A program made the translations under genes and the position numbers. Source: a virus (Duplodnaviria > Caudoviricetes). From it: a DNA stretch of 64,000 nt. The stretch spans positions 41,622 to 105,621 of IMG/VR virus record IMGVR_UViG_3300027969_004220. One strand, 5' to 3'. Below the pieces are notes generated by a model. The model ran no database searches and had not been told where the DNA came from. It saw only the letters and a list, made by a program, of their open reading frames with translations. Each line of letters opens with the position of its first letter. The first letter of the stretch is position 1. Positions 33,654 through 45,560 of the stretch are shown one piece after another.

Positions 33654-35759
33654 ATGGAGATAAACAAACAATTACTTACGAAAACACTTGACATTAAAGC
33701 TTCCTTAGAAGATGATGATGACGATGACTACAACAAATTCGGAGGTGGTAATGGTAAAAAATCTGACACTAAATCTAAAACTCCGGTATTAGATACATAC
33801 AGTCGTGATTTAACTAAATACGCCGAAGAAGGTAAGTTAGATCCAATTGTTGGAAGAGATAAAGAAATTGAAAGAGTTTCGCAAATTCTTTCCAGAAGAA
33901 AGAAAAATAATCCTATGTTACTTGGTGAAGCTGGAGTTGGTAAGTCTTCTATTGCAGAAGGATTAGCACTTAGAATCGCACAACGTAAAGTTAGTAGAAT
34001 CTTATTTGACAAAAGAGTTGTTATGTTAGATCTAGCTTCTATGGTTGCTGGTACTAAATACAGAGGACAATTTGAAGAAAGAATCAAAGCACTTATGGCA
34101 GAGGTTGAAGATGATAAATCTATTATCCTTTTTATTGATGAGATTCATACAATGATTGGTGCCGGTGGATCAAGTGGTTCTATGGACGCTTCTAATATGT
34201 TTAAACCTGCTTTAGCTAGAGGTGAAATACAAATCATTGGTGCAACAACCCTTGATGAATATAGAAAACACGTTGAAAAAGATGCTGCATTAGAAAGACG
34301 TTTCCAAAAAGTAGTTGTTGAACCTGCTACTCCAGAAGAAACTATACAAATCTTAACAAACATAAAAGATAAGTATGAGTCTCACCACAACGTAACTTAC
34401 ACTGATGAGGCAATTAAAGCTTGTGTTGATCTAACTGTTAGATATATGTCTGACCGACACTTACCAGATAAAGCTATTGATGCGTTAGATGAAGCCGGTG
34501 CAAGAGTACACATTTCTAACATAGTAGTTCCTAAAGAAATTACTGATGTAGAACAAAAGATCATCGAAATCAAAGAAAAGAAAAATGATGTAATTAAACG
34601 TCAGAAGTACGAAGAAGCAGCTAAATTGAGAGATGTTGAAAAACAATTAAACACTCAATTACAAGTAGCTAAAGAAAGATGGGAAGAAGACACGTTGAAA
34701 AACAGACAATTAGTAAGTGAAGATAATGTAGCTGAAGTTGTTGCTATGATTACTGGTATTCCAGTTCAAAAAGTAAATCAAAGTGAAAACAAAAAACTTT
34801 CTAAAATGTATGAAAACATTGCTGGTAAAGTTGTTGGGCAAGATGATGCTGTTAAGAAAATCATCAAATCTATCCAGAGAGGTAGAGTTGGTATGAAAGA
34901 TCCTAACAAACCAATCTTTAGTGGTATCTTAATTGGTAACTCTGGTGTTGGTAAAACAGAACTTGCAAAACAATTATCTAAGTATTTATTTGAATCAGAA
35001 GATTCTTTAATCAGATTAGATATGTCTGAATATATGGACAAAATCTCTTTAACAAGAATTCAAGGAGCAGCCCCTGGATATGTTGGATATGATGATGCGA
35101 ATGTTTTAGACAAGATTAGAAGAAAACCTTATTCAGTTATTCTTTTAGATGAGATTGAAAAAGCTCATCCAGATATATTTAACCTTTTCTTACAAATGTT
35201 AGATGAAGGACATATTACAGATTCTCACGGTAGAAAAGTTAGTTTTAAAAACTGTGTAATCTTAATGACTTCAAATGTTGGTACTAAAGTTGTTAAAGAA
35301 TTTGGTGCTGGTGTTGGATTCTCTACCAAAACTAAAGAAGATAAAAGAGAAGATGATATAAAAGGTATCTTAGAAAAAGAGTTGAAGAAAAAATTCGCAC
35401 CTGAATTTATCAATAGATTAGATGAAATCATTTACTTTAGAGATTTGGGTAAAGAAGAGATAATGAAAATTGTTGACTTAGAATTAAGAAAAACTTTAGC
35501 AAGAGGTTTAGAAATTGGATTTACTTTAGAAGTATCTGATTTATTAAAAGAACATTTAGTTGAGATTGGTTACGACCCTCAATTTGGTGCTCGACCTTTG
35601 AAAAGAGCAATTCAACGAAGTATTGATGATGCAGTAACTGAATTCATTATTGAAAGTGAACCAAAAGAAGGTACTACTTTAGTACTTGACTATGATGCTG
35701 AAAAAGAAGAGACAACAGTCAACTTGAAAAAGAGAAAGAAAACAAAAAAAGAAGAGTAA
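33654..35759 (+). CDS. clpC: ClpC-like Hsp100 ATPase lacking the N-terminal Clp repeat domain
   Basis: [24 protein letters not shown]-like [29 protein letters not shown] loop, GARPLKR. Confidence 0.9.
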   Translation: MEINKQLLTKTLDIKASLEDDDDDDYNKFGGGNGKKSDTKSKTPVLDTYSRDLTKYAEEGKLDPIVGRDKEIERVSQILSRRKKNNPMLLGEAGVGKSSIAEGLALRIAQRKVSRILFDKRVVMLDLASMVAGTKYRGQFEERIKALMAEVEDDKSIILFIDEIHTMIGAGGSSGSMDASNMFKPALARGEIQIIGATTLDEYRKHVEKDAALERRFQKVVVEPATPEETIQILTNIKDKYESHHNVTYTDEAIKACVDLTVRYMSDRHLPDKAIDALDEAGARVHISNIVVPKEITDVEQKIIEIKEKKNDVIKRQKYEEAAKLRDVEKQLNTQLQVAKERWEEDTLKNRQLVSEDNVAEVVAMITGIPVQKVNQSENKKLSKMYENIAGKVVGQDDAVKKIIKSIQRGRVGMKDPNKPIFSGILIGNSGVGKTELAKQLSKYLFESEDSLIRLDMSEYMDKISLTRIQGAAPGYVGYDDANVLDKIRRKPYSVILLDEIEKAHPDIFNLFLQMLDEGHITDSHGRKVSFKNCVILMTSNVGTKVVKEFGAGVGFSTKTKEDKREDDIKGILEKELKKKFAPEFINRLDEIIYFRDLGKEEIMKIVDLELRKTLARGLEIGFTLEVSDLLKEHLVEIGYDPQFGARPLKRAIQRSIDDAVTEFIIESEPKEGTTLVLDYDAEKEETTVNLKKRKKTKKEE

Positions 35760-35778
35760 TACTCTTCTTTTTTTTTAT

Positions 35779-36273
35779 TTAATTGAAAGCTAATTTTCCT
35801 TTCGCTACTGGATCATGTGTGCCCCAAGTATATAGAACTTCACCATCTTGTTGTAGATAATTAGACTTTCCATTAGTTGGTGTTGAATATATTGCAAGTG
35901 TACACATTTTACCAGGTATTTCATTATAACTAATAGTTAGGTCTTCACTTCTTGTAGGCTTTCTAAGAATTTCAATACCACCTTCTGGTGAGATTACAGA
36001 GAAACTTTGACAAGTTTGTCCAGTCCACTGCATAATACCATATGCGTTCTCATCACCTTGTTTTACTTTATCATATGCTTCTGCATATAACTTATTAGTT
36101 TCATTACTAGATTGTGAATTCTTAGTTATTACTTTTAATCCTTTTTTAACTAAATCTGACTCATATCTTTTTGCCATATCTACTAAAGATTTAGTATTAT
36201 TTTCCATTTTTCTATTAGTTTCATGATCTATATCTAATTCTTCAAAGATTTTGAATGATTTTAAGTATTTCAT
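35779..36273 (-). CDS. hypothetical protein with MKYLKSFKIFEE N-terminus
   Basis: 164 aa ORF. Confidence 0.6.
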   Translation of the reverse strand: MKYLKSFKIFEELDIDHETNRKMENNTKSLVDMAKRYESDLVKKGLKVITKNSQSSNETNKLYAEAYDKVKQGDENAYGIMQWTGQTCQSFSVISPEGGIEILRKPTRSEDLTISYNEIPGKMCTLAIYSTPTNGKSNYLQQDGEVLYTWGTHDPVAKGKLAFN

Positions 36274-36351
36274 AATAATTTATTTCTTTTTATAATGTAT
36301 ATATTAAAACAAAAATCACATTTTCTATATAAAAAGAAAATAATTTTTGTA

Positions 36352-37272
36352 ATGCAAAAAGACTCAAAAATATTTATAGCTGGTCATAAAGGTATGGTCG
36401 GTTCTGCTATTTTAAGAAAGCTAACCGAACTAGGTTACACTAATATAATAACTGCTACAAAAGAAGAATTAAATTTAAAAAATCAAGAAGACGTTAGAAA
36501 CTTTTTCTGGCATCATTCTTTTGAATATGTCTTCTTATGTGCTGCCAAAGTTGGTGGTATAAAAGCAAATAGTGACTTTAAAGCAGACTTTATCTATGAC
36601 AATATAATGATACAATCTAATATCATTCACTCTGCTAAACATTTTGGAGTTAAGAAATTACTTTTCTTAGGTTCATCTTGTATTTACCCTAAGTTATGTC
36701 AACAACCAATCAAAGAAGAATACTTACTAACAGGTTCATTAGAACCAACAAATGATGCTTATGCAATTGCAAAGATTGCGGGTATTAAAATGTGTCAAAG
36801 TTTCAATGAACAATATGGTACTAATTTTATTTCAGTTATGCCAACTAATCTGTATGGTTATAATGATAACTATGATTTAAAAAATTCTCACGTACTTCCT
36901 GCAATGATTAGAAAGTTTCACGAAGCAAAAATCAATGATAATCCACACGTAGAAATATGGGGTGATGGAACACCAATGAGAGAGTTTTTATTTGTTGATG
37001 ATCTAGCAGATGCTTGTTTGCATTTAATGGAAAATTACAATGATTCTGAAATAGTAAACATTGGTACTGGTGAAGATATAACAATTAAAGACTTAGCTTA
37101 CTTAGTAAAAGAAGTAGTTGGTTTTAAAGGTAATATACTCTTCAATTCACAAATGCCAAATGGAACACCTAGAAAATTGTTAGATGTTTCCAAAATTACA
37201 AATTTAGGATGGCAATATAAAATATCTCTTAAAGAAGGTATAGAAAAAACATATGTAGAATATGTCAAATAA
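36352..37272 (+). CDS. fcl: GDP-L-fucose synthase
   Basis: AGHKGMVGSA, AAKVGGI, LGSSCIYPK, YAIAK, MPTNLYG. Confidence 0.95.
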   Translation: MQKDSKIFIAGHKGMVGSAILRKLTELGYTNIITATKEELNLKNQEDVRNFFWHHSFEYVFLCAAKVGGIKANSDFKADFIYDNIMIQSNIIHSAKHFGVKKLLFLGSSCIYPKLCQQPIKEEYLLTGSLEPTNDAYAIAKIAGIKMCQSFNEQYGTNFISVMPTNLYGYNDNYDLKNSHVLPAMIRKFHEAKINDNPHVEIWGDGTPMREFLFVDDLADACLHLMENYNDSEIVNIGTGEDITIKDLAYLVKEVVGFKGNILFNSQMPNGTPRKLLDVSKITNLGWQYKISLKEGIEKTYVEYVK

Positions 37273-37360
37273 AAGTGTTTTTATCTCTGGTATAGAAGGA
37301 TGTCGACTTTTTACAATGGATATCAAGAGATATAGAAATACAAAAAGAATATTTATATAA

Positions 37361-38407
37361 ATGGAAAAAATAAAAAAAGCACTAATAACAGGAATTACAG
37401 GACAATCAGGAAGCCACCTTGCTGATCTCCTTTTAGAGAAAGGTTATGAAGTACATGGTATTATTAGAAGATGTTCATCATTTAATACTGCACGTATCGA
37501 TCATATTTATGATAGAATAAAACTACACTATGGTGATCTAACTGATCCATTAGTTATTTCAGACCTAGTTACGAAAATACAACCAGATGAAGTTTATAAC
37601 TTAGGTGCTCAGTCACACGTTAGAGTTTCATTTGAAATACCTTATTATACCGCACAAGTTGATGGCTTGGGTACTCTGGTAATACTAGAGGCCGTAAAAA
37701 ACCACTGTCCTAATGCAAGAGTTTATCAAGCATCTACTTCTGAACTATATGGTGGTATGTCTTATAATATGCCAGTAACCGGATACACCGAAGAATCAGT
37801 TATGCATCCACGTTCACCTTATGGTTGTGCTAAGATGTATGGTCTTTGGATAACAAAGAACTATAGAGAATCTTATGGAATGCATATTAGTAATGGAATA
37901 CTTTTCAACCACGAAGGTGAAAGAAGAGGTGAGACATTTGTTACCAGAAAAGTCACAATGGCACTAGGTCTTATTAAAAACTATTTAGATCACGGTCACA
38001 CTGATTTTCCTACATTAAAATTAGGTAATCTTTACTCTAAAAGAGATTGGGGATATGCCAAAGATTATGTTTATGGTATGTGGCTAATGACACAACAAGA
38101 CACTCCAGACGATTATGTTTTGGCAACTAATGAAACACACTCAATTAAAGAATTGGTTGACCTAGCTGCTTTAGAATGTGGAATGGAACTGAAATGGATT
38201 GGAGAAGGAATAAATGAGAAGGCTTATTTTGAAGATAATATAATTGTGGAGATTGATGAAAGATATTACAGACCTGCAGAGGTTGATACACTTTTAGGAG
38301 ACTATACAAAAGCAAAAGAAAAATTAGGTTGGGAGCCAAAAGTTAAGTTTGAGGACTTAGTTAAAATTATGATGAATCATGATATAAAAAATCAACAAAC
38401 CCCATAA
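37361..38407 (+). CDS. gmd: GDP-mannose 4,6-dehydratase
   Basis: [43 protein letters not shown]. Confidence 0.95.
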   Translation: MEKIKKALITGITGQSGSHLADLLLEKGYEVHGIIRRCSSFNTARIDHIYDRIKLHYGDLTDPLVISDLVTKIQPDEVYNLGAQSHVRVSFEIPYYTAQVDGLGTLVILEAVKNHCPNARVYQASTSELYGGMSYNMPVTGYTEESVMHPRSPYGCAKMYGLWITKNYRESYGMHISNGILFNHEGERRGETFVTRKVTMALGLIKNYLDHGHTDFPTLKLGNLYSKRDWGYAKDYVYGMWLMTQQDTPDDYVLATNETHSIKELVDLAALECGMELKWIGEGINEKAYFEDNIIVEIDERYYRPAEVDTLLGDYTKAKEKLGWEPKVKFEDLVKIMMNHDIKNQQTP

Positions 38408-39099
38408 TGAAGCTTATTATTGAATACTTTAAATCTACAAATCAAAATCGTGATGTAGAATATAAATCTTGTATAAATGAGAATATTAAGAATACTTTAA
38501 TTGAAAAGATATATATCTTCATATCAGATGATTCTATACTAGATTTACAATCAGATAAAATTGAAATTGTTAAAATAGATAATAGACCTTCATTTAAGTT
38601 TTTATTTGAATGGTGTAATACTAATCTACCAGATGAGATTTGTATTGTTGCAAATACGGATATTTTCTTTGATTCGACAATCGAACACTTAAAAAACACT
38701 GATCTTACTAATACATTTCTTGCTTTAACAAGATGGGACTTAATACTCAAAGATAATCAATGGTTTGTTGATTTTTATAATAAGCCTTGGAATCAACATG
38801 GTGTAACAACTGGTATGTTATCACAAGATTCTTGGATATTTAAAACTCCTATAAAAATAGATGAACGAAGTAACTTTCTAATGGGTAAACCTGGGTGTGA
38901 TAATAGAATTGTTCAGATTTACTTAGAGAACAATTATAATGTTAAAAATCCAAGTATACAGATAGTTAGTAAACACTTACATATTTCTAATCACAGAACT
39001 TATAATAATACAGATATGGTATTTGGTCCATATCTTTTGGTTGAACCAACCAATGATATAAATATCGATAGCCAAAAGAAAACAATACCACACTTTTAA
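38407..39099 (+). CDS. putative glycosyltransferase-like protein
   Basis: IVANTDIFFD, SQDSWIF, GCDNRI; glycan island context. Confidence 0.55.
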   Translation: MKLIIEYFKSTNQNRDVEYKSCINENIKNTLIEKIYIFISDDSILDLQSDKIEIVKIDNRPSFKFLFEWCNTNLPDEICIVANTDIFFDSTIEHLKNTDLTNTFLALTRWDLILKDNQWFVDFYNKPWNQHGVTTGMLSQDSWIFKTPIKIDERSNFLMGKPGCDNRIVQIYLENNYNVKNPSIQIVSKHLHISNHRTYNNTDMVFGPYLLVEPTNDINIDSQKKTIPHF

Positions 39100-39932
39100 T
39101 GAGAGTAGATAAAAGATTTAATTCACAACAAAGTAATGATGCAATTGCTAACTTAGTAAAAGAAAATAAAAGTTTTTTAATATCAAGAGTTGGATTAGGT
39201 GGAGAAACTGCCATATCTGCTTTAGTATTAGCAAACCAAGAAATACCACAACACGTTTACAATTGGTTTTATATAAATGCGGGATTCTATGGATCACAAG
39301 ATTTTTTAACTTATGCCAGATATTATAAATCTGCATGTGACTCTTGTGACTTACATGCATATTGGAACTATCCAGGATTTATTGAAATGGAAGACTTTTT
39401 AGTACCAGAAGAAAAACAACTTGTTGATGTAGGTGCTTTAGAATCTTTTAGATTTGATAACCCTTGGACAGAACATTTAAAAGGGAAAAAGATACTTATT
39501 ATAAATCCATTTAAAGAAACAATAGATAAACAACTATTAGTTAAAGATAAGATATGGGAGAATAAAAATATACTACCTGATGCAGAATATATTACATATA
39601 AGTCTACCCAATCAATTGGTGGTCAAGGTCCCGATAAAGATTGGTATGAATCATATAATAAAATGTGTGAAGATATATCAAAGATAGACTTTGATGTTGC
39701 TTTACTAGGTTGTGGTTCATATGGACTACCACTATGTGATTATATTAAAAATAAATTGAATAAATCCGCTGTTTATATTGGTGGTGGACTTCAGTTATAT
39801 TTTGGTATAAAAGGTAAAAGGTGGGAAGGTAGTGAAGACATTACAAAATTCTATAATGAATATTGGGTAAGACCAAATACAGAAGAAACACCTACAACAA
39901 GTACAATGGTTGAGGGTGGTTGTTACTGGTAA
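39099..39932 (+). CDS. putative glycosyltransferase / GT-D-like protein
   Basis: FDVALLGCGSYGLPL, GGGLQLYFGIKGKRW. Confidence 0.55.
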   Translation: MRVDKRFNSQQSNDAIANLVKENKSFLISRVGLGGETAISALVLANQEIPQHVYNWFYINAGFYGSQDFLTYARYYKSACDSCDLHAYWNYPGFIEMEDFLVPEEKQLVDVGALESFRFDNPWTEHLKGKKILIINPFKETIDKQLLVKDKIWENKNILPDAEYITYKSTQSIGGQGPDKDWYESYNKMCEDISKIDFDVALLGCGSYGLPLCDYIKNKLNKSAVYIGGGLQLYFGIKGKRWEGSEDITKFYNEYWVRPNTEETPTTSTMVEGGCYW

Positions 39933-39947
39933 AAAATAATAAATTAA

Positions 39948-41432
39948 ATGAAAATATACACATATTATACAGAAAGTCATAAAGACTTATTTGAAAACTA
40001 TTTTTCTAAGACTGTAGAAGATTTAGAAATTGATTCAACAATAGGAGAGCAAGAATGTAAAAGTGGTTCTTACTATTCTGATGGTTGGAAAACAACAACA
40101 ATGAAAAAGGTTGATGTTTTTATAAAAGCAGTAAATGAAAATATGGGAGATATATTTGTATTTTCTGATGTTGATATACAGTTTTTTGGACCTATTAAAG
40201 ATGCTTTAATACAAGAATTAGGTGAGTTTGATATTGCAATACAAAATGATTATAATGGTGGACTTTGTTCTGGATTTTTTGTTTGTCGTGGAAATGAGAG
40301 AACACTTAAAATGTTTGAAAGTATGAGAGATAATCACGACCAATACTTAGAGGATCAACACGCATTAAATATGAATCTAAATCATTGCAACTATACGGTC
40401 TTATCAACAAGATTTTGGACATTTGGATCATTTGGAACACAATGGAAAAATCAAAACTTTGATATACCAGATAATTTACTTATGCACCATTCAAACTGGG
40501 TAGAAGGTATTGATAAGAAAGTTGAACTATTAAAAATTGTTAGATTTAAAAATAATCTAAAAAAACAAAACTTATTGGGTAAAGATAAGTATCAATTATT
40601 TCTTAATAATTTCTTTCAGGAATTTAGACCTAATCCTACTTATACAGTTTATCCACCATATCATACAGGTAAATACATAGAAGGGTTTTTCTTTGATTAT
40701 TATAATAAGAACTTAAATAGTGATATTTATTATATTCCAGTTGATTGGACAACCTGTTATATACAAAATGTAAGTCTATCTTTATTACAAGAAAAGTTAC
40801 TAAGTTTAGATAAAACTAAAAAGTACTTTACTGTTAGTCAACATGATGATGCAATAAAAGAGTATTTTCCCTATGAAGTTATAAAATTCTCTGCCGGTGG
40901 TAATATGCCAGGAATTCCGATTCCATTAGTTTGTTCACCTATCCCTGAATCTATAAAGGTTATTAGAGATAAAGACATTTTTTGTTCATTTGTTGGATCC
41001 CTTACACATCCAATAAGACAACAAATGGTGAGTGTATTGGGTAAAAACAGTAAATATAATTTACAATATAAAACTTGGACTGATAAAGTTAGTCAGTCTG
41101 ATCTAACTAACTTTATTGATATTACATCAAGGAGTATATTTACACTTTGTCCTAGAGGGTATGGAAAAAACTCATTTAGAATGTATGAGGCAATGCAATT
41201 AGGTAGTATTCCTGTTTATATATATGACGAGGATTGGAGAGCGTTTACTGATACTATAAACTGGGATGAATTTTCTATTTCCATACATAGTTCAAACCTT
41301 AATAATATTGATAGTATTTTATCAAATATTAGTGATGATAAAATAAAACAAATGCAAGAAAATGTCATAAAAGCATATGACGATTACTTTTCACTAGAGA
41401 GTATGTCAAAACAAATAATAGATAAATTATGA
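39948..41432 (+). CDS. fusion: nucleotide-diphospho-sugar transferase (GT77-like) + exostosin (GT47-like)
   Basis: FSDVDI, CSGFF, DQHALN; C-terminal FTLCPRGYG..SFRMYEA..GSIPV. Confidence 0.75.
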   Translation: MKIYTYYTESHKDLFENYFSKTVEDLEIDSTIGEQECKSGSYYSDGWKTTTMKKVDVFIKAVNENMGDIFVFSDVDIQFFGPIKDALIQELGEFDIAIQNDYNGGLCSGFFVCRGNERTLKMFESMRDNHDQYLEDQHALNMNLNHCNYTVLSTRFWTFGSFGTQWKNQNFDIPDNLLMHHSNWVEGIDKKVELLKIVRFKNNLKKQNLLGKDKYQLFLNNFFQEFRPNPTYTVYPPYHTGKYIEGFFFDYYNKNLNSDIYYIPVDWTTCYIQNVSLSLLQEKLLSLDKTKKYFTVSQHDDAIKEYFPYEVIKFSAGGNMPGIPIPLVCSPIPESIKVIRDKDIFCSFVGSLTHPIRQQMVSVLGKNSKYNLQYKTWTDKVSQSDLTNFIDITSRSIFTLCPRGYGKNSFRMYEAMQLGSIPVYIYDEDWRAFTDTINWDEFSISIHSSNLNNIDSILSNISDDKIKQMQENVIKAYDDYFSLESMSKQIIDKL

Positions 41433-42214
41433 ATAAATATTTAATAGTAATTGCTAGATATAATGACTGGCGACAGGAATTTTTTGAATCTAACTTTTCT
41501 CCAAGAAATAAAGAGTATTGTGATAAATGGGGGTTTAACTATATAGAAATAAAAAATGATACTAATTTAACACTCCATAGAAATAATCCTACCTGGTGGA
41601 AGTTTACCATTGTTAGAGATATGATAAAAGATGGTATTCTAAAGGATGGTGACATTGTAACTCACCTAGATGCTGACATGGCAATAGTTGATATGGAACA
41701 AGAATTCGTAACAAATAAATCATTCTCTTACTCAATTGACTCTGGTAATACACACTGTATGGGATGCTATAGTATTAAAATAAATGATTGGTCAAGAAAA
41801 ATGATAGATCTTATCTTAGATGAAGATAGATATAAGTTATTAAATGATAAAGTAACTCAACATGAAGCATTTGGACATTTCTCATCGTTTTGGCATGAAT
41901 TTAGAGAACAAGCTTCTTGGTACTCACTTGCGGGTGTAAAGAGACATAGCTGGGAACCATTTTTTAATCTTTCTGATTTTGGATGGCACAGTGATAAAAA
42001 TGAAACAACCATATATTCTTTAGAAGAATTGTATGAGAATGTAGAAATACTTCCTACTGCTTGGAATGTAACAGAGATGGTTGGAGAAACAGATGGTCAG
42101 TTTAATATAAATAAACTAAGTCCTGATGAAGTAATAATAAGACACTTTTCTGGTGGACAACCTTGGAGAAAAGAATGGCTTACAAAAAACAATAATAATA
42201 ATGAAAGAAATTAA
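41429..42214 (+). CDS. putative glycosyltransferase (GT34-like)
   Basis: YCDKWGFNY, WWK, HLDAD, EQA, HFSG. Confidence 0.6.
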   Translation: MNKYLIVIARYNDWRQEFFESNFSPRNKEYCDKWGFNYIEIKNDTNLTLHRNNPTWWKFTIVRDMIKDGILKDGDIVTHLDADMAIVDMEQEFVTNKSFSYSIDSGNTHCMGCYSIKINDWSRKMIDLILDEDRYKLLNDKVTQHEAFGHFSSFWHEFREQASWYSLAGVKRHSWEPFFNLSDFGWHSDKNETTIYSLEELYENVEILPTAWNVTEMVGETDGQFNINKLSPDEVIIRHFSGGQPWRKEWLTKNNNNNERN

Positions 42215-43076
42215 AATTGGATACTCTGATTTTTGGGGAGAACTAATACCCGATGACAATTATTTTTATAATCTATTATCACTAAAATATAAAGTTATAA
42301 TAGATAATATAAATCCTGATATACTATTCTATACGGTCTATGGAAATAATCATCTCAGATATGATATGAATAAAGTTATAAAGATTTTATATACCGGAGA
42401 GAACTATAGACCAAACTATAATGAATGTCACTACTCATTATCTTTTGATTACTCTAATGATAGTAGAAACTATAGATTACCACTTTGGGTTTTAACTCTT
42501 AATTGGTTCGACCGACCATACAGACCGGAGAGAGATCAAGCATACCTTCATTCCGTTGATGATTTTTTAAATAAAAAACTATTAGATAAAACAAAATTTT
42601 GTAGTTTTATTGCATCTCAACCTAAAGGCAAAAGAATGGAGTTTGTACCTAAATTATATAAATACAAACATATTGATTGTGGTGGTAGAGTTTTCAACAA
42701 TATAAACCCAGTAGAAGGTAGAGGTGACCAAATACAAAAGATAGACTTTCTAAAAGACTATAAGTTTAATATTAGTTTTGAGAATAGTTCTAATCCAGGA
42801 TATTGTACTGAGAAAATAATACATTCTATGTTTTCAGGTTGTATTCCTATATATTGGGGTGATACGCTAGTTGAAAATGACTTTAATCATAATTCATTCT
42901 TAGATTTGAATAAATTCAAGTCTGATGAACACTTAATTGATGAGATTATAAAAATAGATAATGATCAAAGACTATATAATGAAATTATTAACCAACCATG
43001 GTTTACTAATAATCAAATACCAGAATTTGCCAAACCGGAATCGGTTTTATCATTTTTTGAAAAAATAATAAAATAA
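42201..43076 (+). CDS. alpha-1,3/4-fucosyltransferase (GT10)
   Basis: YTGEN, YKFNISFENS..PGYCTEK...GCIPIYWG. Confidence 0.9.
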   Translation: MKEIKIGYSDFWGELIPDDNYFYNLLSLKYKVIIDNINPDILFYTVYGNNHLRYDMNKVIKILYTGENYRPNYNECHYSLSFDYSNDSRNYRLPLWVLTLNWFDRPYRPERDQAYLHSVDDFLNKKLLDKTKFCSFIASQPKGKRMEFVPKLYKYKHIDCGGRVFNNINPVEGRGDQIQKIDFLKDYKFNISFENSSNPGYCTEKIIHSMFSGCIPIYWGDTLVENDFNHNSFLDLNKFKSDEHLIDEIIKIDNDQRLYNEIINQPWFTNNQIPEFAKPESVLSFFEKIIK

Positions 43077-43077
43077 T

Positions 43078-43752
43078 ATGAAGTTAAATATAGAAAAAGT
43101 GTATGTAATACACTATACAAAATTAGAAGATAGAAGAAAAAAAATAATGGATCAATTTTCTAATATCTCTAATTTAGAATTCATTAACGATTATGATAAA
43201 GATGATCTAAATACTGAAATATTAGAAAAGTTTTACTATCCATCACCAATGGAATGGATAAAAAAAGTATCACCACTTTGGAATCCAGAAATACACAGGT
43301 TTAGAAACCTCAACCTAGCAGAAATATCATGTACAATTAAGCATATTTTGGCAATAAAAAAAATTTCAGAAAATGGAGATGGATTTATTATTGAGGATGA
43401 TCTTTTATTAAAAGAAAATTTTGTTGAGGAATTTAATTTGATGATTTCTAATCTACCTGATGATTGGGATCTAGTGATAGTTGGTGCGGGTTGTAATTTA
43501 CATTCAGATAATATTACCAAAGATAAAAGACTTTATAAGGCAAAAAATCCAGCTACTCGATGTTTAGATTCATATCTAATTTCACAAAAAGCAGCAAAGA
43601 AGATTATGGATACTATTATACCATTTCAATTAGTTTCGGATTGGGAACTAGCATACCATATATACCTACATAATCTTAATACCTACTGGTTAGAACCAAG
43701 TCCATGTTTTCAAGGTTCTGAATCAGGAGAATATAAATCAACTTTAAGATAA
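43078..43752 (+). CDS. glycosyltransferase family 25
   Basis: AEISCTIKH, IIEDD, SYLISQKAA. Confidence 0.8.
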   Translation: MKLNIEKVYVIHYTKLEDRRKKIMDQFSNISNLEFINDYDKDDLNTEILEKFYYPSPMEWIKKVSPLWNPEIHRFRNLNLAEISCTIKHILAIKKISENGDGFIIEDDLLLKENFVEEFNLMISNLPDDWDLVIVGAGCNLHSDNITKDKRLYKAKNPATRCLDSYLISQKAAKKIMDTIIPFQLVSDWELAYHIYLHNLNTYWLEPSPCFQGSESGEYKSTLR

Positions 43753-44594
43753 TGGAAGAGATAAATTTAATATGGTTAGTTAAAAGTGATTACGAAGTAA
43801 ACTTTTCATTTGATTGGATACAAAATATATTTTCAAATTTTATAATTAAAAATCACTATGATATTGAAAATCAATTTGATTTAGTTATCGATAACTCTAT
43901 TTTAATTGTTTGTGTAAATAAAGACTCTAATGAACGATTGAGTAATTATATAAATGAATATAACAAATTAAGTTTTAATTATAGTATTCTACATCTTTCG
44001 GATGAAGCATTTGAACAAAACATCGACTTTTACAATGTTTCTAAAAAAATAATTAGAAACTATTATAATAAAGAATATGTAGAAAAATATAATATATTAA
44101 CAATACCACTTGGATATCAAACGGGTATTAAGAGGTCAAATATTGATAGAAGTTTAGATATTAATTTTGTAGGACAGTTAAAATCCGATAGATATGAAAT
44201 GTTAAATATTTTTAATAGTGTAGATAGTAAATATATTTTATTAACTCAAAGATGGGCAGATCCAAACGGGTTAGGAGTTAAAGAATTTTCTAATATTTTA
44301 AATATAAGTTATTTCACTCTTTGTCCAAGAGGTTGGATAAGTTTAGATAGTTTTAGAATAAATGAGGCCTTAGAATGTGGATCAATACCTATTACAATAT
44401 TAGATAATGATGGTACAGACTATTTTATTAAGATATACGGAGAACATCCCTTTATAATTGGACATAATTGGAATGATGCTTTTGAAAAAATGAATAAATG
44501 TAATAAGGAACAACTAAGTTATCTATGTTCAGAGTGGTGGGATAACTATAAAAAGTCTTTGAAATTAAAATTAGAAGACTTTATAAAAAAATAA
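43752..44594 (+). CDS. exostosin-like (GT47) glycosyltransferase
   Basis: HLSDE, FTLCPRGW..DSFRINEALECGSIP. Confidence 0.75.
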   Translation: MEEINLIWLVKSDYEVNFSFDWIQNIFSNFIIKNHYDIENQFDLVIDNSILIVCVNKDSNERLSNYINEYNKLSFNYSILHLSDEAFEQNIDFYNVSKKIIRNYYNKEYVEKYNILTIPLGYQTGIKRSNIDRSLDINFVGQLKSDRYEMLNIFNSVDSKYILLTQRWADPNGLGVKEFSNILNISYFTLCPRGWISLDSFRINEALECGSIPITILDNDGTDYFIKIYGEHPFIIGHNWNDAFEKMNKCNKEQLSYLCSEWWDNYKKSLKLKLEDFIKK

Positions 44595-44602
44595 TAAAAG
44601 AA

Positions 44603-45544
44603 ATGAAAGTATGTTTTCACGATAATGGATTAAGCGTAAGAGGTACATCCAATGCTCTTTGGGATTACGCAGAGCAGTCACAAAAGTTATTTAATATTGA
44701 ACCAATTATTATGTATAACGAAAATTCTATACATAATATGCAAGTTGCAATAGATAGGTTTGAATCCAAATTTGATGTTTTTTCCTATAAAGAAACTAAT
44801 CAAATAGATAATATACTTAGAGAACAAAAATGTGATGCGTTTTTTATGATAAAAGGTGGTAGATATGATGGTGTTATATCTAACTACTGTGACAATTGGA
44901 TAAATGCCATTGCAATATGTAATACTAATGATATTCATGGACAAAGATATGCTATGGGATCAAAATGGTTAAGTAAAATAACAAATAATCAAATTGACTA
45001 TGTTTCATATATGGTTAATTTACCAAATATCGAAACTGATCTTAGAGAAAAACTCGGTATACCAAAAAACGCAATCGTTTTTGGTAGAAATGGTGGTCAC
45101 GATACATTTGACTTAGACTTTGCAAAACATGCAGTTGTAGAGTCACTTAGATTAAGAAATGATATATTTTTCTTATTTCAAGGTACTGATAAATTTTATG
45201 AACACGAAAGAATTATTTATCTACCAGCATCTCCTGATTTAGATGAGAAGGTTGAATTTATAAATACGTGTGATGTATTACTACATGCTAGAGATATTGG
45301 TGAATCTTTTGGTTGTACCTGTGCAGAATTCTCTATGAGAAATAAACCAGTTATAACATGGTTTGGTTCAAAGGAAAGAAACCATATAGACTACTTAGGT
45401 GATAAAGGTTTCTATTATAATAATTATGATGAATTGTTAAAAATTTTAATAAACTTTGAACCAAATAATAGTATAAACTGGAGATGTTATGATGAATGTC
45501 TACCAGAGGTAGTAATGGAAAAATTCAAAAAAATATACCTATAA
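44603..45544 (+). CDS. GT-B fold (GT4-like) glycosyltransferase
   Basis: RGTSNALWDYA, LHARDIGESFG..CAEF..NKPVIT. Confidence 0.75.
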   Translation: MKVCFHDNGLSVRGTSNALWDYAEQSQKLFNIEPIIMYNENSIHNMQVAIDRFESKFDVFSYKETNQIDNILREQKCDAFFMIKGGRYDGVISNYCDNWINAIAICNTNDIHGQRYAMGSKWLSKITNNQIDYVSYMVNLPNIETDLREKLGIPKNAIVFGRNGGHDTFDLDFAKHAVVESLRLRNDIFFLFQGTDKFYEHERIIYLPASPDLDEKVEFINTCDVLLHARDIGESFGCTCAEFSMRNKPVITWFGSKERNHIDYLGDKGFYYNNYDELLKILINFEPNNSINWRCYDECLPEVVMEKFKKIYL

Positions 45545-45560
45545 AAAAATAAATTTAAAA

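Noticed and set aside
33728-35431. Antisense ORFs within clpC (and similar ones inside other long genes)
   Set aside because: Reverse-frame shadows caused by codon bias; no independent signals or motifs.
37262-37360. Short ORF MSNKSVFISGIEG... between fcl and gmd, resembling an epimerase N-terminus
   Set aside because: Only 32 codons; at most a deletion remnant, and too weak to call.
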